A stretch of 63,742 nucleotides of DNA, filler included, from Phoronis australis (Eukaryota; Animalia; Phoronida): assembly GCA_002633005.1 (NCBI GenBank). It is 8 parts of 8 records of this genome, joined end to end, with 100 filler letters (N's around TTAATTAATTAA, not from the genome) between each part and the next. Parts side by side here need not be neighbours in the genome. Positions count along the whole stretch, not along the records: positions 1 to 3,876 come from NMRA01002797.1; positions 3,977 to 8,526 come from NMRA01002553.1; positions 8,627 to 12,589 come from NMRA01001814.1; 5 more parts are not named here. One strand, written 5' to 3'. The notes under the pieces are model-generated. The model was not told where the DNA came from. It searched no databases and saw only the letters and a program-made list of their open reading frames with translations. Numbering within the stretch: position 1 is the stretch's first letter; every line of letters starts with the position of its first letter. Position numbers and translations under genes: made by a program. Positions 1 to 11,440 of this stretch are shown piece after piece.

Positions 1-1820
1 TTTAAAAGAACTTCAGTGCACGCCAGCTTCCCCAATTGCACGTGACAAAATCATGGACCTAGTCCAGTTCATTTGTTACTTCCGCAAGATTTACCGTCGC
101 TGTCTTAATTTATTCCATTTGAAGCTACGAGGCGGCTTGACGTGCCTAATTAGCGATAATTTGAAGCAGTTTTAAACAGGCTACCCGAACAGCACGCACG
201 CTGTCGCATATCTAAACATTAGCAGGGACGGATTCAGGAATTCGAAATAGGGGAAGGGTGGCTAAGATGACTGATGTGTATAGACGAAAGATGTTCTCAT
301 TCATCCAGCTGAATAACTTGATGGAGGAGCCACGCGGCTCCGCAACATCGGGATATTAAATTTATTTCAGAGGTCTTTAGTGTCGCGAACTGACCTCCGT
401 GTACAAATTGGAAGGACGCTCTGAAAGATTTGTTAACGTAAACTTTGAGATACCTAGACTTCAAAATACCCGCTCTGCATAACTATTTTCTCTGCTGTTT
501 TCATTATAATCATCACGTGCAGGTGACATTACGTGCAGGTGACGGGCAAACCTTAATAAATCTAAAAGTCCAAAGGTTGTATGTACGGGAAGCGAGTGGG
601 ACCAAGAGAGGGGAAGGGGATAGAGAGGGGGGGAGGAGGACAGCGAGAGTGAGAGAGCTAGAGAGAAAGACAGGCTTTAGACAATGACTATAATATAAAT
701 AAAAATACAAAATGAGAATAAAATATAAAAACCATGTCTCGTAAATCATTTCACGTCTGCATTGTTCTTTCGAAATGGCTTCATGCAGTCACTTGTTCGG
801 AAAGGAAATTATTTGAAGGTACAAAGGCTACGGCGGACGGCGTCTCTTCAAGAGTTCCCAAGGTAGCTTCGGTTCGCGGTTCATTCGAGAGCACCCGTTC
901 AGTTTCCTTCCGTTTCTCTTCTGTTGCCTCCTGGCGCGGGTTGTCACAACTCATTTCACTGAGCAGCGGCTGCAAGGTCTGAAATAGAAAACGGTAACTT
1001 TTTACAAATATGCTTGTTAAGGATAAAATCGTTGAACAAACTACATGCAAGCAACTATAATCCGAGAGACTGCAAGTATAAAGAAAATAAAGAAAGGATC
1101 AACATTTAACAAATCAGTTTAGAAATCTGCTTTCCAGCTACACCATAGCTGAGCATATTTGCAGAGTTACAGCACGAAACTACAGAAAATGATTCTACTA
1201 TTTGAAAAAAACGACGCATTAAAAGAATGCTAAACCGCGGCCATGTTTTGGCGTCATGGTCTAAATTACAGTACACATAGTTCTGCATAGACGGATTCAG
1301 GATGTCGCAAGGTGAGCACTTGCTCCAATATTCGAACGACAAAAGTCCGGGGAGCTCTGAAAACGCAAAGTTGGCGCCGTTTTTTCATCGTGATGGGGGG
1401 GCGTGTCCTAATACTTTCCTTGAAGTACTTCTCAGATAGGATATTGCCTCGGTTTGAGTTGTCAGTATTTCCCACAAGGTCAAAAAGTAATAGTCACACT
1501 TGGCGATTCATGAGACATCAATAGGGCCGTCCCTGAGCGACACTCGAATCTCGCTGTATTTACCCAAAATGCCGTAAAAATCACTTAGGCACATTTGCTG
1601 CCTCGTTTCGTGCCACTGGAGTTTCACATATGTTATTTGTTGTTGTCTGATTCTTTACAAGTTCTTCTCGTTTGCATTGCTCTGTTCGGCATTCCAATGC
1701 CAATGACTAAAATCATGTGCTGTGGGCTGCAACTGCGACGTGAAAAAGTGTGAAAATTTTCGCCTTCCCGACATTAGTGAGAGACACGAAAATGTGTCGG
1801 ATTTTCAAAACCAGCCTCCC

Positions 1821-1959
1821 GTTCAGTAACGCTAGGACCTCGCTAAAAAGCAAGACTTCCCGAGATTACGTGAGATATTTCCGTGTATTTTAAGAGAGAG
1901 CACGTGACTAAAACTAGATTTTAGCTAGGTCCTAGCGTAGGTCCAAGCGTTAATTGAAC
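1821..1959. mobile_element. MITE with ~20-bp TIRs; related copy at ~48385-48520
   Basis: GTTCAGTAACGCTAGGACCT ... AGGTCCAAGCGTAATTGAAC; colinear similarity to the 48.4-kb copy. Confidence 0.7.
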
Positions 1960-3876
1960 GCACGCCGTCACGCACTTTCTTATCTCCAGGACAAAGGACA
2001 CTTCTATCGCCGTATAATCCGGAACTGCCCTATTGTCTATCGTGGTCGAAATATTAGGGTTGGCGTGTAGCGTTGTAGCGCATCCTTTTGGTCCAAAAAA
2101 TTTCATTAACCTTGACGTAGTAAACATTTTTCAATAATCTTAAACAGGACTTAGTAGTTAATTACATGATCAGGGAACAATGTGGCGGAACGATGGAACC
2201 GACGCTTACTACACCCCTGAAAAGACGCGCAGGGGATCCTTCTAAGCAAAATCTTTTACAACCGTTAACCGTTCAAGAGGTTTCCTTAGCTAAAGTTCAT
2301 TCAACAAGACTAAATGTACACCATTATGGGATGGGCGATGACACTGCTTCCGGAGCGTGTAGAATGGCTCGGAGCTGAGTTGTTCAATCACGCGACAATG
2401 AGCACGCATTCAGTTACTCATAAACACCTACAGTTCACAACATGTGAGTTCTATGTACCCTGAATGTACAAGCATTCAACTCTTAGCACATATGTCTTCC
2501 AAAACCATCATGCTGCAAGATTCTGTTTAGNNNNNNNNNNNNNNNNNNNNNNNNNNNNNNNNNNNNNNNNNNNNNNNNNNNNNNNNNNNNNNNNNNNNNN
2601 NNNNNNNNNNNNNNNNNNNNNNNNNNNNNNNNNNNNNNNNNNNNNNNNNNNNNNNNNNNNNNNNNNNNNNNNNNNNNNNNNNNNNNNNNNNNNNNNNNNN
2701 NNNNNNNNNNNNNNNNNNNNNNNNNNNNNNNNNNNNNNNNNNNNNNNNNNNNNNNNNNNNNNNNNNNNNNNNNNNNNNNNNNNNNNNNNNNNNNNNNNNN
2801 NNNNNNNNNNNNNNNNNNNNNNNNGGGGGGCGCCTATGTAATACAAGGCGGATCGGAGTCTGACGATCCAAAAGTGACAGTTCACCGTGTACAGTACCCA
2901 GTGAGTTTTGCCGGGTGGTGTAAAACGTAAACAATACAAATCACCTGTCGGTCGCCGTCTTTCAGTTGAATTAGAGCCTTTGTTTCGGCACTGCGTAGTC
3001 CGGACGAGGTGGGTATGTAGCGCCGACAAACGGCATAACTACGAAGAAAGAAAACCATAATCTCAATGCAACATACACGGGTTAGGGACAATAGGTTGCT
3101 GTCGAGAAAAACCCGGTCACTTCTCCTGGCGTCTGTTTCGCGAAAATGACTCAGAGACAAAAATTTTGTCTCCCACTCCCACTTCACAGCTGCTGAATTA
3201 AGGCTTAGCCAAGAAAATATGAGCGCATCGCAGTCTAGAAATAATTCATCTCGGTATCCCCGGGCCCGGGGTTATGTGCATATTCCCACAGACGTTGCAA
3301 CTTTACTCAAGTGAGATTTAATTATTTTTCAGAAATGGTTGTGTGGATCGTAGGACCAAATGTCTTTAGTCACTTTTCACGAAAAAAAACCCGGGCCCAA
3401 TAACATTCAACTCAATCCGGGTAATCTAAGCAGTCCAACTACATTCAGGCGTAAATTAGAATTTTTAAATTCTAATTTACAATTTAAAAATTGTCTCCCC
3501 TCGAGCAACCGACCGGAAACTAAGAGTGGAATTTGACAACACAAAAATACGCGAACTCTGGCAAAGAAAAGTGGAGGAAATAAAATATTTTACTACATGC
3601 CTACAATCTCACCATGGCGACAGTTCGAGGAGAAACAAAAATATTCCGAGGACCAAGTCGATTGGGCAATTTGCACAATGTCCAGTGAAATCTTGTCAAA
3701 TTTGAATATTTTCAACAGCTTTTCGTAACACATTGTGAGAACACACGTGACATCAAGAAATTCAAAAGACTGGTCAATCTTGAGCCGTGTAGTGAGTGTC
3801 TGTATCTGAGCTCCAGCTGTCGTTTTTTCTCAATTTAATACAAAGAGTGCTTCAACATAACTCCTTACCATGTTAA

Positions 3877-3976
3877 NNNNNNNNNNNNNNNNNNNNNNNN
3901 NNNNNNNNNNNNNNNNNNNNTTAATTAATTAANNNNNNNNNNNNNNNNNNNNNNNNNNNNNNNNNNNNNNNNNNNN
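3877..3976. other. Artificial 100-bp contig linker (also 8527-8626, 12590-12689, 33994-34093, 44330-44429, 50456-50555, 53117-53216)
   Basis: 44 N + TTAATTAATTAA + 44 N, identical in all seven; stops in all six frames. Confidence 0.97.
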
Positions 3977-4054
3977 AAACCCGTGTCAACTTACATTGAA
4001 AGCCTTCTCTCAACTAGTTCACTACATATCATTCGGAAACCCTCTCACACAGAA

Positions 4055-4635
4055 TGTCCACTAGGACGCAGTGCAGTATTCAAATCCGCTTGAAAATCAA
4101 ATGGTGCCAGGGCAATCTCATAATATCCCTCTGTCAAGTTCCAATGAAATCTGTCAATTCGTTCTTTAAATATCATCTGGAACACTCTCCCCCTCCAAAC
4201 AAAATGGCAACTAGGAAGTGCTCCGGTGGTCGAATCCACCCGCAAATTTAACTGTGCCAATACATTGACACACATCTTTGTGTAAAGTTTCATTGAAATC
4301 CGTCAATCCATTCTCTAGATATCTGGAAACATTCTTCCCTCAAAAATACAGAAAAACGCTCCCTGAGCCCAGGGTCGGGGCTGATTGAAAAGTGGCATTC
4401 CTTTGTTCTAGTGATGCATTACACCCTTGTGTCGAATTTCAGTAAAATAAGACAAGGGGTTTTTGAGATATCGACCGGAAACACAGACAAAGTGACAACG
4501 TGTGAGAGGTCATATGTTGCATAAAAAGGGGGTCGTATCTCAGTTCTGCATTCACTTCCAGTAAGGAAACATAATATAATACCCTTTATTGAACACAGTC
4601 CCTCCTTCATAATCGCTCAGTGGAAGTGAATGTAA
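4055..4635. repeat. Interspersed repeat related to ~25680-26080, with a terminal inverted repeat pair
   Basis: Shared CACTAGG and ATCCAyCCG..AAATTT blocks; CATTCACTTCCA/TGGAAGTGAATG at ~4550-4633. Confidence 0.45.
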
Positions 4636-4770
4636 AATAAACAAGCTAAGACTGGTTTTTGAATGGTAGCTGGCTGGCATCAAAATATTTTTGACCGACG
4701 GTGGTTTCATAACACCTTTAAATGACTAGACAACAATAAATTAGGTAAATCTGCATCTGCGCCATCTGAC

Positions 4771-4907
4771 CTGTGTTGGAATGTTGGCCTTCTCAGCTCT
4801 CTCTAGACCTTTGACCCCTGGCACATTTGAAATGACCAGTGCAATCTCAGCACAGCTTTTGACTCGTGCGTCCAAGGTATGGTCGATCAAGGCTTGTAAA
4901 TTGGTAC
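4771..4907 (-). CDS. GART: GART exon (GAR transformylase domain); later exons absent before the linker
   Basis: GTNLQALIDHTLD..AEIALVISNVPGVKGLERAEKANIPTQ; completes SGSGTNLQA across the splice. Confidence 0.95.
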
Positions 4908-5182
4908 CTGTCGACAACACAATGTACTATTCTAGACAGTGATGACCACAAGGTACTCAGACTGAATTACAAAACTGATCTATAAAATGTCAAAAATGTA
5001 CAAAAGTGTACATAGATCCGTCGTGGAGGTTGCTGGTCATCAATTGTTATAATACCATAATATACCATGATAGTTGAGATTGATGTTTATATTCAATCAT
5101 ATACAATTTTTCTACAATCTCCAACAACTGCTGTAAACAAAAAGTGAATAGTTAAACGAACACAAACAATGAAACAAAGCAC

Positions 5183-5450
5183 CTGAACCAGAAATGAGCA
5201 CTCCAACTTTTTTCTTGGACACATTTCCATTCAACAGTGTCCCCTCCTCTGTATACGATGCAGACAATGCCTCGGATAAGTGATCCACAGTGACACCTGG
5301 TGTGTTGACAACCTCTCCAATCACATGGCCTTCCTCGCCATGACTACACAGTAGTTGTAGGACAGCTTCAACCACACCCTTGGACACGACGAGAACAGCA
5401 CCTATACCACAGTTGAATGTCTTGGCCATCTCACTGGTGTCAATATTTCC
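5183..5450 (-). CDS. GART: GART exon (AIRS end and start of GAR transformylase/PurN domain)
   Basis: EMAKTFNCGIG..KKKVGVLISGSG; AG/GT boundaries. Confidence 0.95.
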
Positions 5451-5966
5451 CTGTTAGTACATAAAGCAAAAATATTTTTACACTTCTGCTGTTGTGATCA
5501 TTGCTAATGATCCCAAATGATATTTAGATATTTCGACGACAAGCAGTTTAATTTCTTGTCAAGTTGAGATAATTCCTTTATATAAGCCTCTCTCACTAAT
5601 AGCATGTCATAGAAACATCGGAAGTTAAACAATTGTGACAATAAATACAATGCACATTTGAACCAAGATCTAAAATAAACAAAGAAATCGATTCAGATAT
5701 TACAATATACATTTAAAACTGCATTTTGGCCCATTAAGCTATTAACAATTAAAATCGAATAAATTAAAAATTAAAATCGAAGGAGGCCCTTTACTCTCAT
5801 AAAATCGAACTCATAACATTCTTTGTTGTAATGTGATTCTATTTCCCGTACAAACTCAAGTCGCAGGAATGCCCAATTTCAGGCTTGGCCAATCCCAATT
5901 AACACTCTTTTGGCCAGCGAAACGGTGAAATACAACATTACATATTCAAACCAAACGTTAGCCTAC

Positions 5967-6169
5967 CTTGGAAGCCAACCAGCCAAATATGGCAGGCACT
6001 CTCCAACTCTTGGCATTGAGTTGTACACCGTGGCCAGCAGGTAGAATGCGTGGAATGTTCTCAACAAGGCCTCCACCCGTGATATGAGCAAACGCCTTCA
6101 CATAGCCTGTCCTCATGCACGGCAGGACAGACTGTACGTAGATCTTAGTCGGAGTGAGCAACACTTCAC
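5967..6169 (-). CDS. GART: GART exon (AIRS C-terminal domain)
   Basis: LLTPTKIYV..AFAHITGGGLVENIPRILP; AG/GT boundaries, phases consistent. Confidence 0.96.
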
Positions 6170-6725
6170 CTGAAGCATAACAAGTCAAAAGAATAAGGAA
6201 TTTTCAAAATCTTACGTTTACTTGTCAGCACACGAAACTAACAGCTGTGTCTGCCATTTTGCAACAACAACTTACCTTCTGAGCACAATCCCCGAGATAT
6301 GCTCCTACAAAACACACTTTTTATGAAGACAAAAGCACGCCCCCATATCCCCTGTGTGTACATCATCGACAAGTGCCAGACTTTGGATCAACGCAGTCAC
6401 TCCACAGTGACTAGTAATTTAAGTCTTGTCACGGCAAAAATAGTATTCAGTGCTAAGATCCAACATGTCATTTTCTAAGCTGGTAATACAGTATTGATGT
6501 GCCTTGCATACTTCTGTGGAGAATTGTTTGGAACTGATCAAATCTTCAAATAAAAAGAGTGTCACTTTATTTAATGACCAACTTGAAACTTGTTACGAGT
6601 CCTTAAAACAGAAAGCTTACATCATTCTAGAGAAGTAACAAAAAGTTCAATGAAACCCATGTTAGTTTGATTAATGACCAGCATTTAAAACACATATTCG
6701 CAGGACTAAGTGTCTAAAACCTTAC

Positions 6726-6971
6726 CCCAAGATTTCTGGTCAAATGGAGATTCCATTGAGTAGTCAATGTGACAGAGTTCCAACACCTTACGCACAAGAC
6801 TGAAGCCATTACTGTGGACACCACTAGATGGCAGGCCAATGACCACATCTCCCACTCTTATGTCCGCCACAACAGGCAGCAGAGAGGCTCGCTCTACAGC
6901 ACCCACGACAAACCCTGCAAGATCGTATTCCCCTGCAGCATACATACCGGGCATCTCGGCTGTTTCACCAC
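6726..6971 (-). CDS. GART: GART exon (AIRS domain)
   Basis: [39 protein letters not shown], PurM signature motifs; AG/GT boundaries. Confidence 0.96.
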
Positions 6972-8445
6972 CTGCAAGAAATATTCCATATCCTGTTACG
7001 AAGAGGGTTCTTTCTGACGTGACCTTGAACTTCAGGTAATTGCATGACTGAAAGGAATTATACCACTAGCAATCACTTTAAACATGTTTCGAGGTTTTAT
7101 CCAAAGAGTCAAAGCCAACAGTTGATCTGTGACATGGTCATTGTTGAGTCACTTGACTGACCTGTGTGCCATTTTTGAATTTCAGGCTTGGCTAACCCCA
7201 ATAACATCAACGATTTTCCGATGCGTTTCTTGACCTGCTGAGTCTGTATAATCTTCCAGGTACCAGAAAACATGGCAAGGACATATTTGGTCCAATCTAC
7301 CACGAGTAAAAGGCCAAATTCATTTTTCGTTTTTAGCCAGCTAAACAGAACAAAATGCAGCCTTATCTATAGTGGTTTGTCATATAGAGAGCACACAAGC
7401 TTTTGCAAACAGTGTGAACAAAGCAAATCTTCAAAAAATAAAACTAAGTTAAAGTATCTCATTCAAAAAAATTTGGAAACAGGCACACACCAACCCCATC
7501 TTAGCAATGTCACAAAATGATATCTAGAATTGAATAAGAAACTACTTCTGCAAGATGCTCATCATTAATAGCCTACTGTAGTAAGGGTAATCATAAATGT
7601 GGTTGTTAGAGCTCAAACCCTGGTAACAAGTCCATGTTATGCTATTCGCTCATTTAAACAGCATATGAAAATGACAACCACCTGCTGTTTCTGGCCCATT
7701 TTCTCAGTAGATTCAGCCATTTTGCGCGCATGCATTTCTGTACAGTTGCTGGAGGATATATGATCAAGCAGGTGAAATATGCATAGCTGATGAAGATTTC
7801 TAAAGTAGATTACCAAAGTAAGCCTCAATGACTTCATTTGATATTTTTCTGTTGACAAATTGTTTTGCTTGACCGGACGGCTTTCTGTTGGCTTCATGAA
7901 TCATATTGTACAGTGTAGTAAAGAGGTGGATTTTTTCACAAATACTACTTCTCACGCACATTTGAACAAGTTCACGTGAGTGCCACCACGTTTTTATCAA
8001 ACCAATAACATAATTAACACTAGAGAGTGCTTACAACTAACATCACCAAGCTATAGAAACCTAAATGACAAACATTACAAAAGTAACAGTTAGAATATAA
8101 CGATCGAGAGCAGAAGTCATACACTCACACTTTAGGGAACCTGTTGGTATTTCAAGGTTATTTGCAGACAAATAAATCACACTTAGCCGGCACAGGCACT
8201 TAAAAACCACAACTTATCGAAATATTAACAACTAAAACAGAATAATGCATCCACTTATAAATATTTGTGCGCATAAAAAGGAATATAGGCAGTTTCAAGT
8301 GCCATGATTATGCTATATCTAAAATGCAGGTTGTGTTTTTAGAAGTCATATTAGGCATACAGAAGCAAATTAGGTTCTGTTTGTGAACAAGTGACTTAGT
8401 CCTAGTAAGTCACTTCCATCTCTGACAATCCTCCTACAAACTTAC

Positions 8446-8526
8446 CCAACAGGGCACAGCCAGCCTGTCGACACCCTTCAGAAATACCACGAATCACGTC
8501 CGAGGCAGTTAACACGTCAAGTTTGC
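8446..8526 (-). CDS. GART: GART exon (AIRS/PurM domain), 5'-truncated by linker
   Basis: Translates KLDVLTASDVIRGISEGCRQAGCALLG, GTAAG donor; splices in phase to GGETAEMPG of the next exon. Confidence 0.93.
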
Positions 8527-9444
8527 NNNNNNNNNNNNNNNNNNNNNNNNNNNNNNNNNNNNNNNNNNNNTTAATTAATTAANNNNNNNNNNNNNNNNNN
8601 NNNNNNNNNNNNNNNNNNNNNNNNNNTTAACCAAAGTAATTTCCAAGTGGCATAGCTGTCTTAGGACTTACGGAAAAGAATGTTATGAGTGAGTAAACGT
8701 TAAAAACGGGTTCATTCTAACAAGGTTTGACTGCAGTAGAATTTTGGCTGGTTACACCTTAAGTAGCAGTGACAACTTAAAAAAATAAAACAAAAATAAC
8801 TTTAAATGTCTCTCCTTCAAGGTAGCATTGTATTCATGTATTACCTGCTCAGCATTGGTTCACTGTTTAACAAACATAGACCAAAGAGAGAACTTTATCA
8901 AAAGAGATGCTATGTTTATCTGAAATACAAGTTGCTGAAGAAAACTTTTCAGATTTGCATCAATTAGTATTTGTTGTTTGAAATTTTCTACATTTTTTAT
9001 TCTGGCTATGGGCATGTATTGTTAATTGTACTAAAATGTCACAATTTACACTGACTTTAAAATAAAATTGTTTAACTAGCCAAGATGAACGTGACATATT
9101 TTAACCTCCACTAAGCTACTTCACAGGACATACGATATCACTCGCTGTACCAGACAAAGAGGCTGACTTCTAGATTGCATGCACAGGGCATTATAACAGA
9201 AATTCTTGGTATTATGCTATCTACATTCTTTCCGCTTGACCTATTGTCAGGAGTTAACATAACCCCTACAATAAGGGAGAACAACACCGGAAATTTAAGT
9301 TTCATCTCATTGACAATGATGGTCCAGTCAAACTGGAATAACGTGTCCTAAGAGTTTTTGTTCCTTNGGCATAACCAAGACGGACGAGCCATGCTTTAAA
9401 GTACGCCAGTGCTGGCTGGGTCAGTCTGGGTCAACTAGGCATAA

Positions 9445-10345
9445 CCAAAACAAAGTGAACTGAAAGCCAGCCAGCTGCGTGCATACGTGACCGAAGGAGC
9501 AACGGTATCCGAAAATCTCGAATAATTCAAAAAGTAGACGTCGTAGCGCAAAATGGAAAGTATCTTCTGAAAGCCCGTTCAAATCTCTATCTAATGTGGT
9601 AGTTTGGTAAAAATCCAAAAAGTTTTCGAGAAAATTGAAAATTTGCCGTTTTTTTTTGAAATTCAAAGTCAAATAACTCGAAAACGGTAAGTCTGAGAAA
9701 CACGCTCTATCAGACTTTTTGAAAGGCCATACTTCAAGGAATCCACATGCAAAAATTCACGTCATTTGCTCTTCCCATAAAAAATGCGACAGCAGAGCGA
9801 TTGAAACCGTGTGAACATGCCCCACAGCCGCCATCTTGAAAGTGACTTCCGGTTCAATAATTTTTTATAAAAGCTTATTAAACTCAACAAACACGTGACC
9901 AGTTTGAAAGTGATTGGTTTGCAATTGCGCCCTCTACAGGAGAAAACGTTTTTAGCCCTATTTCGGGGTGCGCATGCGCCACGTCCCATATTTCCGCCAT
10001 CTTTAACCAGAAGTAAACGATTTTCTGCACAATTGTAGCACATGCGTTGTAGTATATTTGTACAGATTTTCAGCCATGTAGGTCGAAAAGTGCGGCCTGT
10101 ACGAGTATTTGACTGTGAAATCGGATACAAAATGGCCGCCACGTCCGCCATTTTGTATTCGATCATGACCAAAAACAATAGCGTTCCAGTGATTCCCGAT
10201 CTACATGTTGTGTGCAAATTTCGTGGAAATCGGACCAGAATTGCGACCTGTAGAGAGCGAACAAACAANAAAAAAAAAAAAAAAAAAAAAAAAAAACTTG
10301 CTGTCAGAGCAACATACTTGGCGGAAGAATTCCGCCAAGTAAAAA
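9445..10345. mobile_element. Non-autonomous Helentron/HINE-like interspersed repeat
   Basis: No TIRs; A-tract followed by perfect 12-bp hairpin TACTTGGCGGAA-gaa-TTCCGCCAAGTA (10315-10341) ending in an A run; left edge approximate. Confidence 0.5.
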
Positions 10346-11338
10346 TAACTGAACCTACATTTAAGAAGACTATATCTAAGAATTAATAGTCTAGACATGA
10401 AGCACACTAAGCCGCGACAGTCTTTTAAGAAGTATGGTGGTTGTCTATCACGAACTGGTCTGTCAGGAACATTGTGTGGTAGGGACACTAGAAGTGACAG
10501 CAATGTGGGTTTGTGCAAAGAGCATCACTCGATATAGTTGATGGAGGTATTCATAGCATTTACGGAGGAGTACTCTACTGCGTTTGTAGTACCCAAGGGG
10601 TGTGCTCGTAAGATAAGTATCTTGATGTATTCAAGAGCTTTCAGTTGTGAAGCAATTAGTAGAGCAAAATAGACTGCTATAATTGCTTGTATGGCAAGTG
10701 AACCTAATCACTCATGATACAACGTTAACTATGCTAAACTTCACAGAAAAGCAAATAACCAGAGTGAAAAGTCACAAGCAGCCCTGGTTGCTAGGTTACA
10801 AGTACCAAAAATCAACAACGTCATAAAGCAAAGATCAAGTTGTACATGGTAGAGAGATCAATAAAGTTAACATTCGGTTGGAAATAAATAACTTCAACAG
10901 AAATTAAGAAAAAAAATCATTACGACTAATGTCTACATCTTCTATCCATGATTTTGAAAAATAACTATGGAGTCACGGTGATGAAAGAATAAGAACGTCT
11001 TTAAAACATAAACACTTTCACTTTTTTGTTGTTTCAGTACACTGATGGACCTTTCATGAGGCCCGAGGGGCCTGTTTCATGTAAATGACTGAGAAATGTG
11101 CCCTTATGCTCTCACAACCATTTCTAATGTAATAAAATCTCACATGAGCAAAAATTCAAAGTCTATTAGGAAACTGCTAGTTACATAGAAAATTCTAAAA
11201 ATTGTTTTTTTGACTGTGATGGATTAACAATCACCTGAATAAACCTTTATTCAGCAATTGGATAATGGGATCATACGACCAAGTTTCTGCTTTAAGTATA
11301 TTTTAATTTGTTTTTCAAGACAAAGACCCCAGGTGTAC

Positions 11339-11440
11339 CTTTAGTTCCCTGTCTTGATTCTGAAACTCTTCATCTTCATCCGAGTCACAGTCAGGAAATT
11401 GGTAGATGTCTATGCCATGTTCCTCTATCTCGTTTAATAC
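11339..11440 (-). CDS. Septin exon (SEPT2-group-like GTPase domain)
   Basis: [34 protein letters not shown], 102 nt, CAG acceptor and GT donor; only exon recognised on this contig. Confidence 0.9.

Noticed and set aside
781-978. Possible minus-strand exon after a TTTCAG acceptor
   Set aside because: No recognisable homology or partner exons
2464-3029. ORFs spanning N gaps (also 13716-14271, 51622-52181)
   Set aside because: Open only because of N runs
9762-10268. 168-aa ORF
   Set aside because: Lies inside an interspersed repeat; no protein motifs
4771-11440. Septin nested in or linked to GART
   Set aside because: Separated by an artificial linker at 8527-8626
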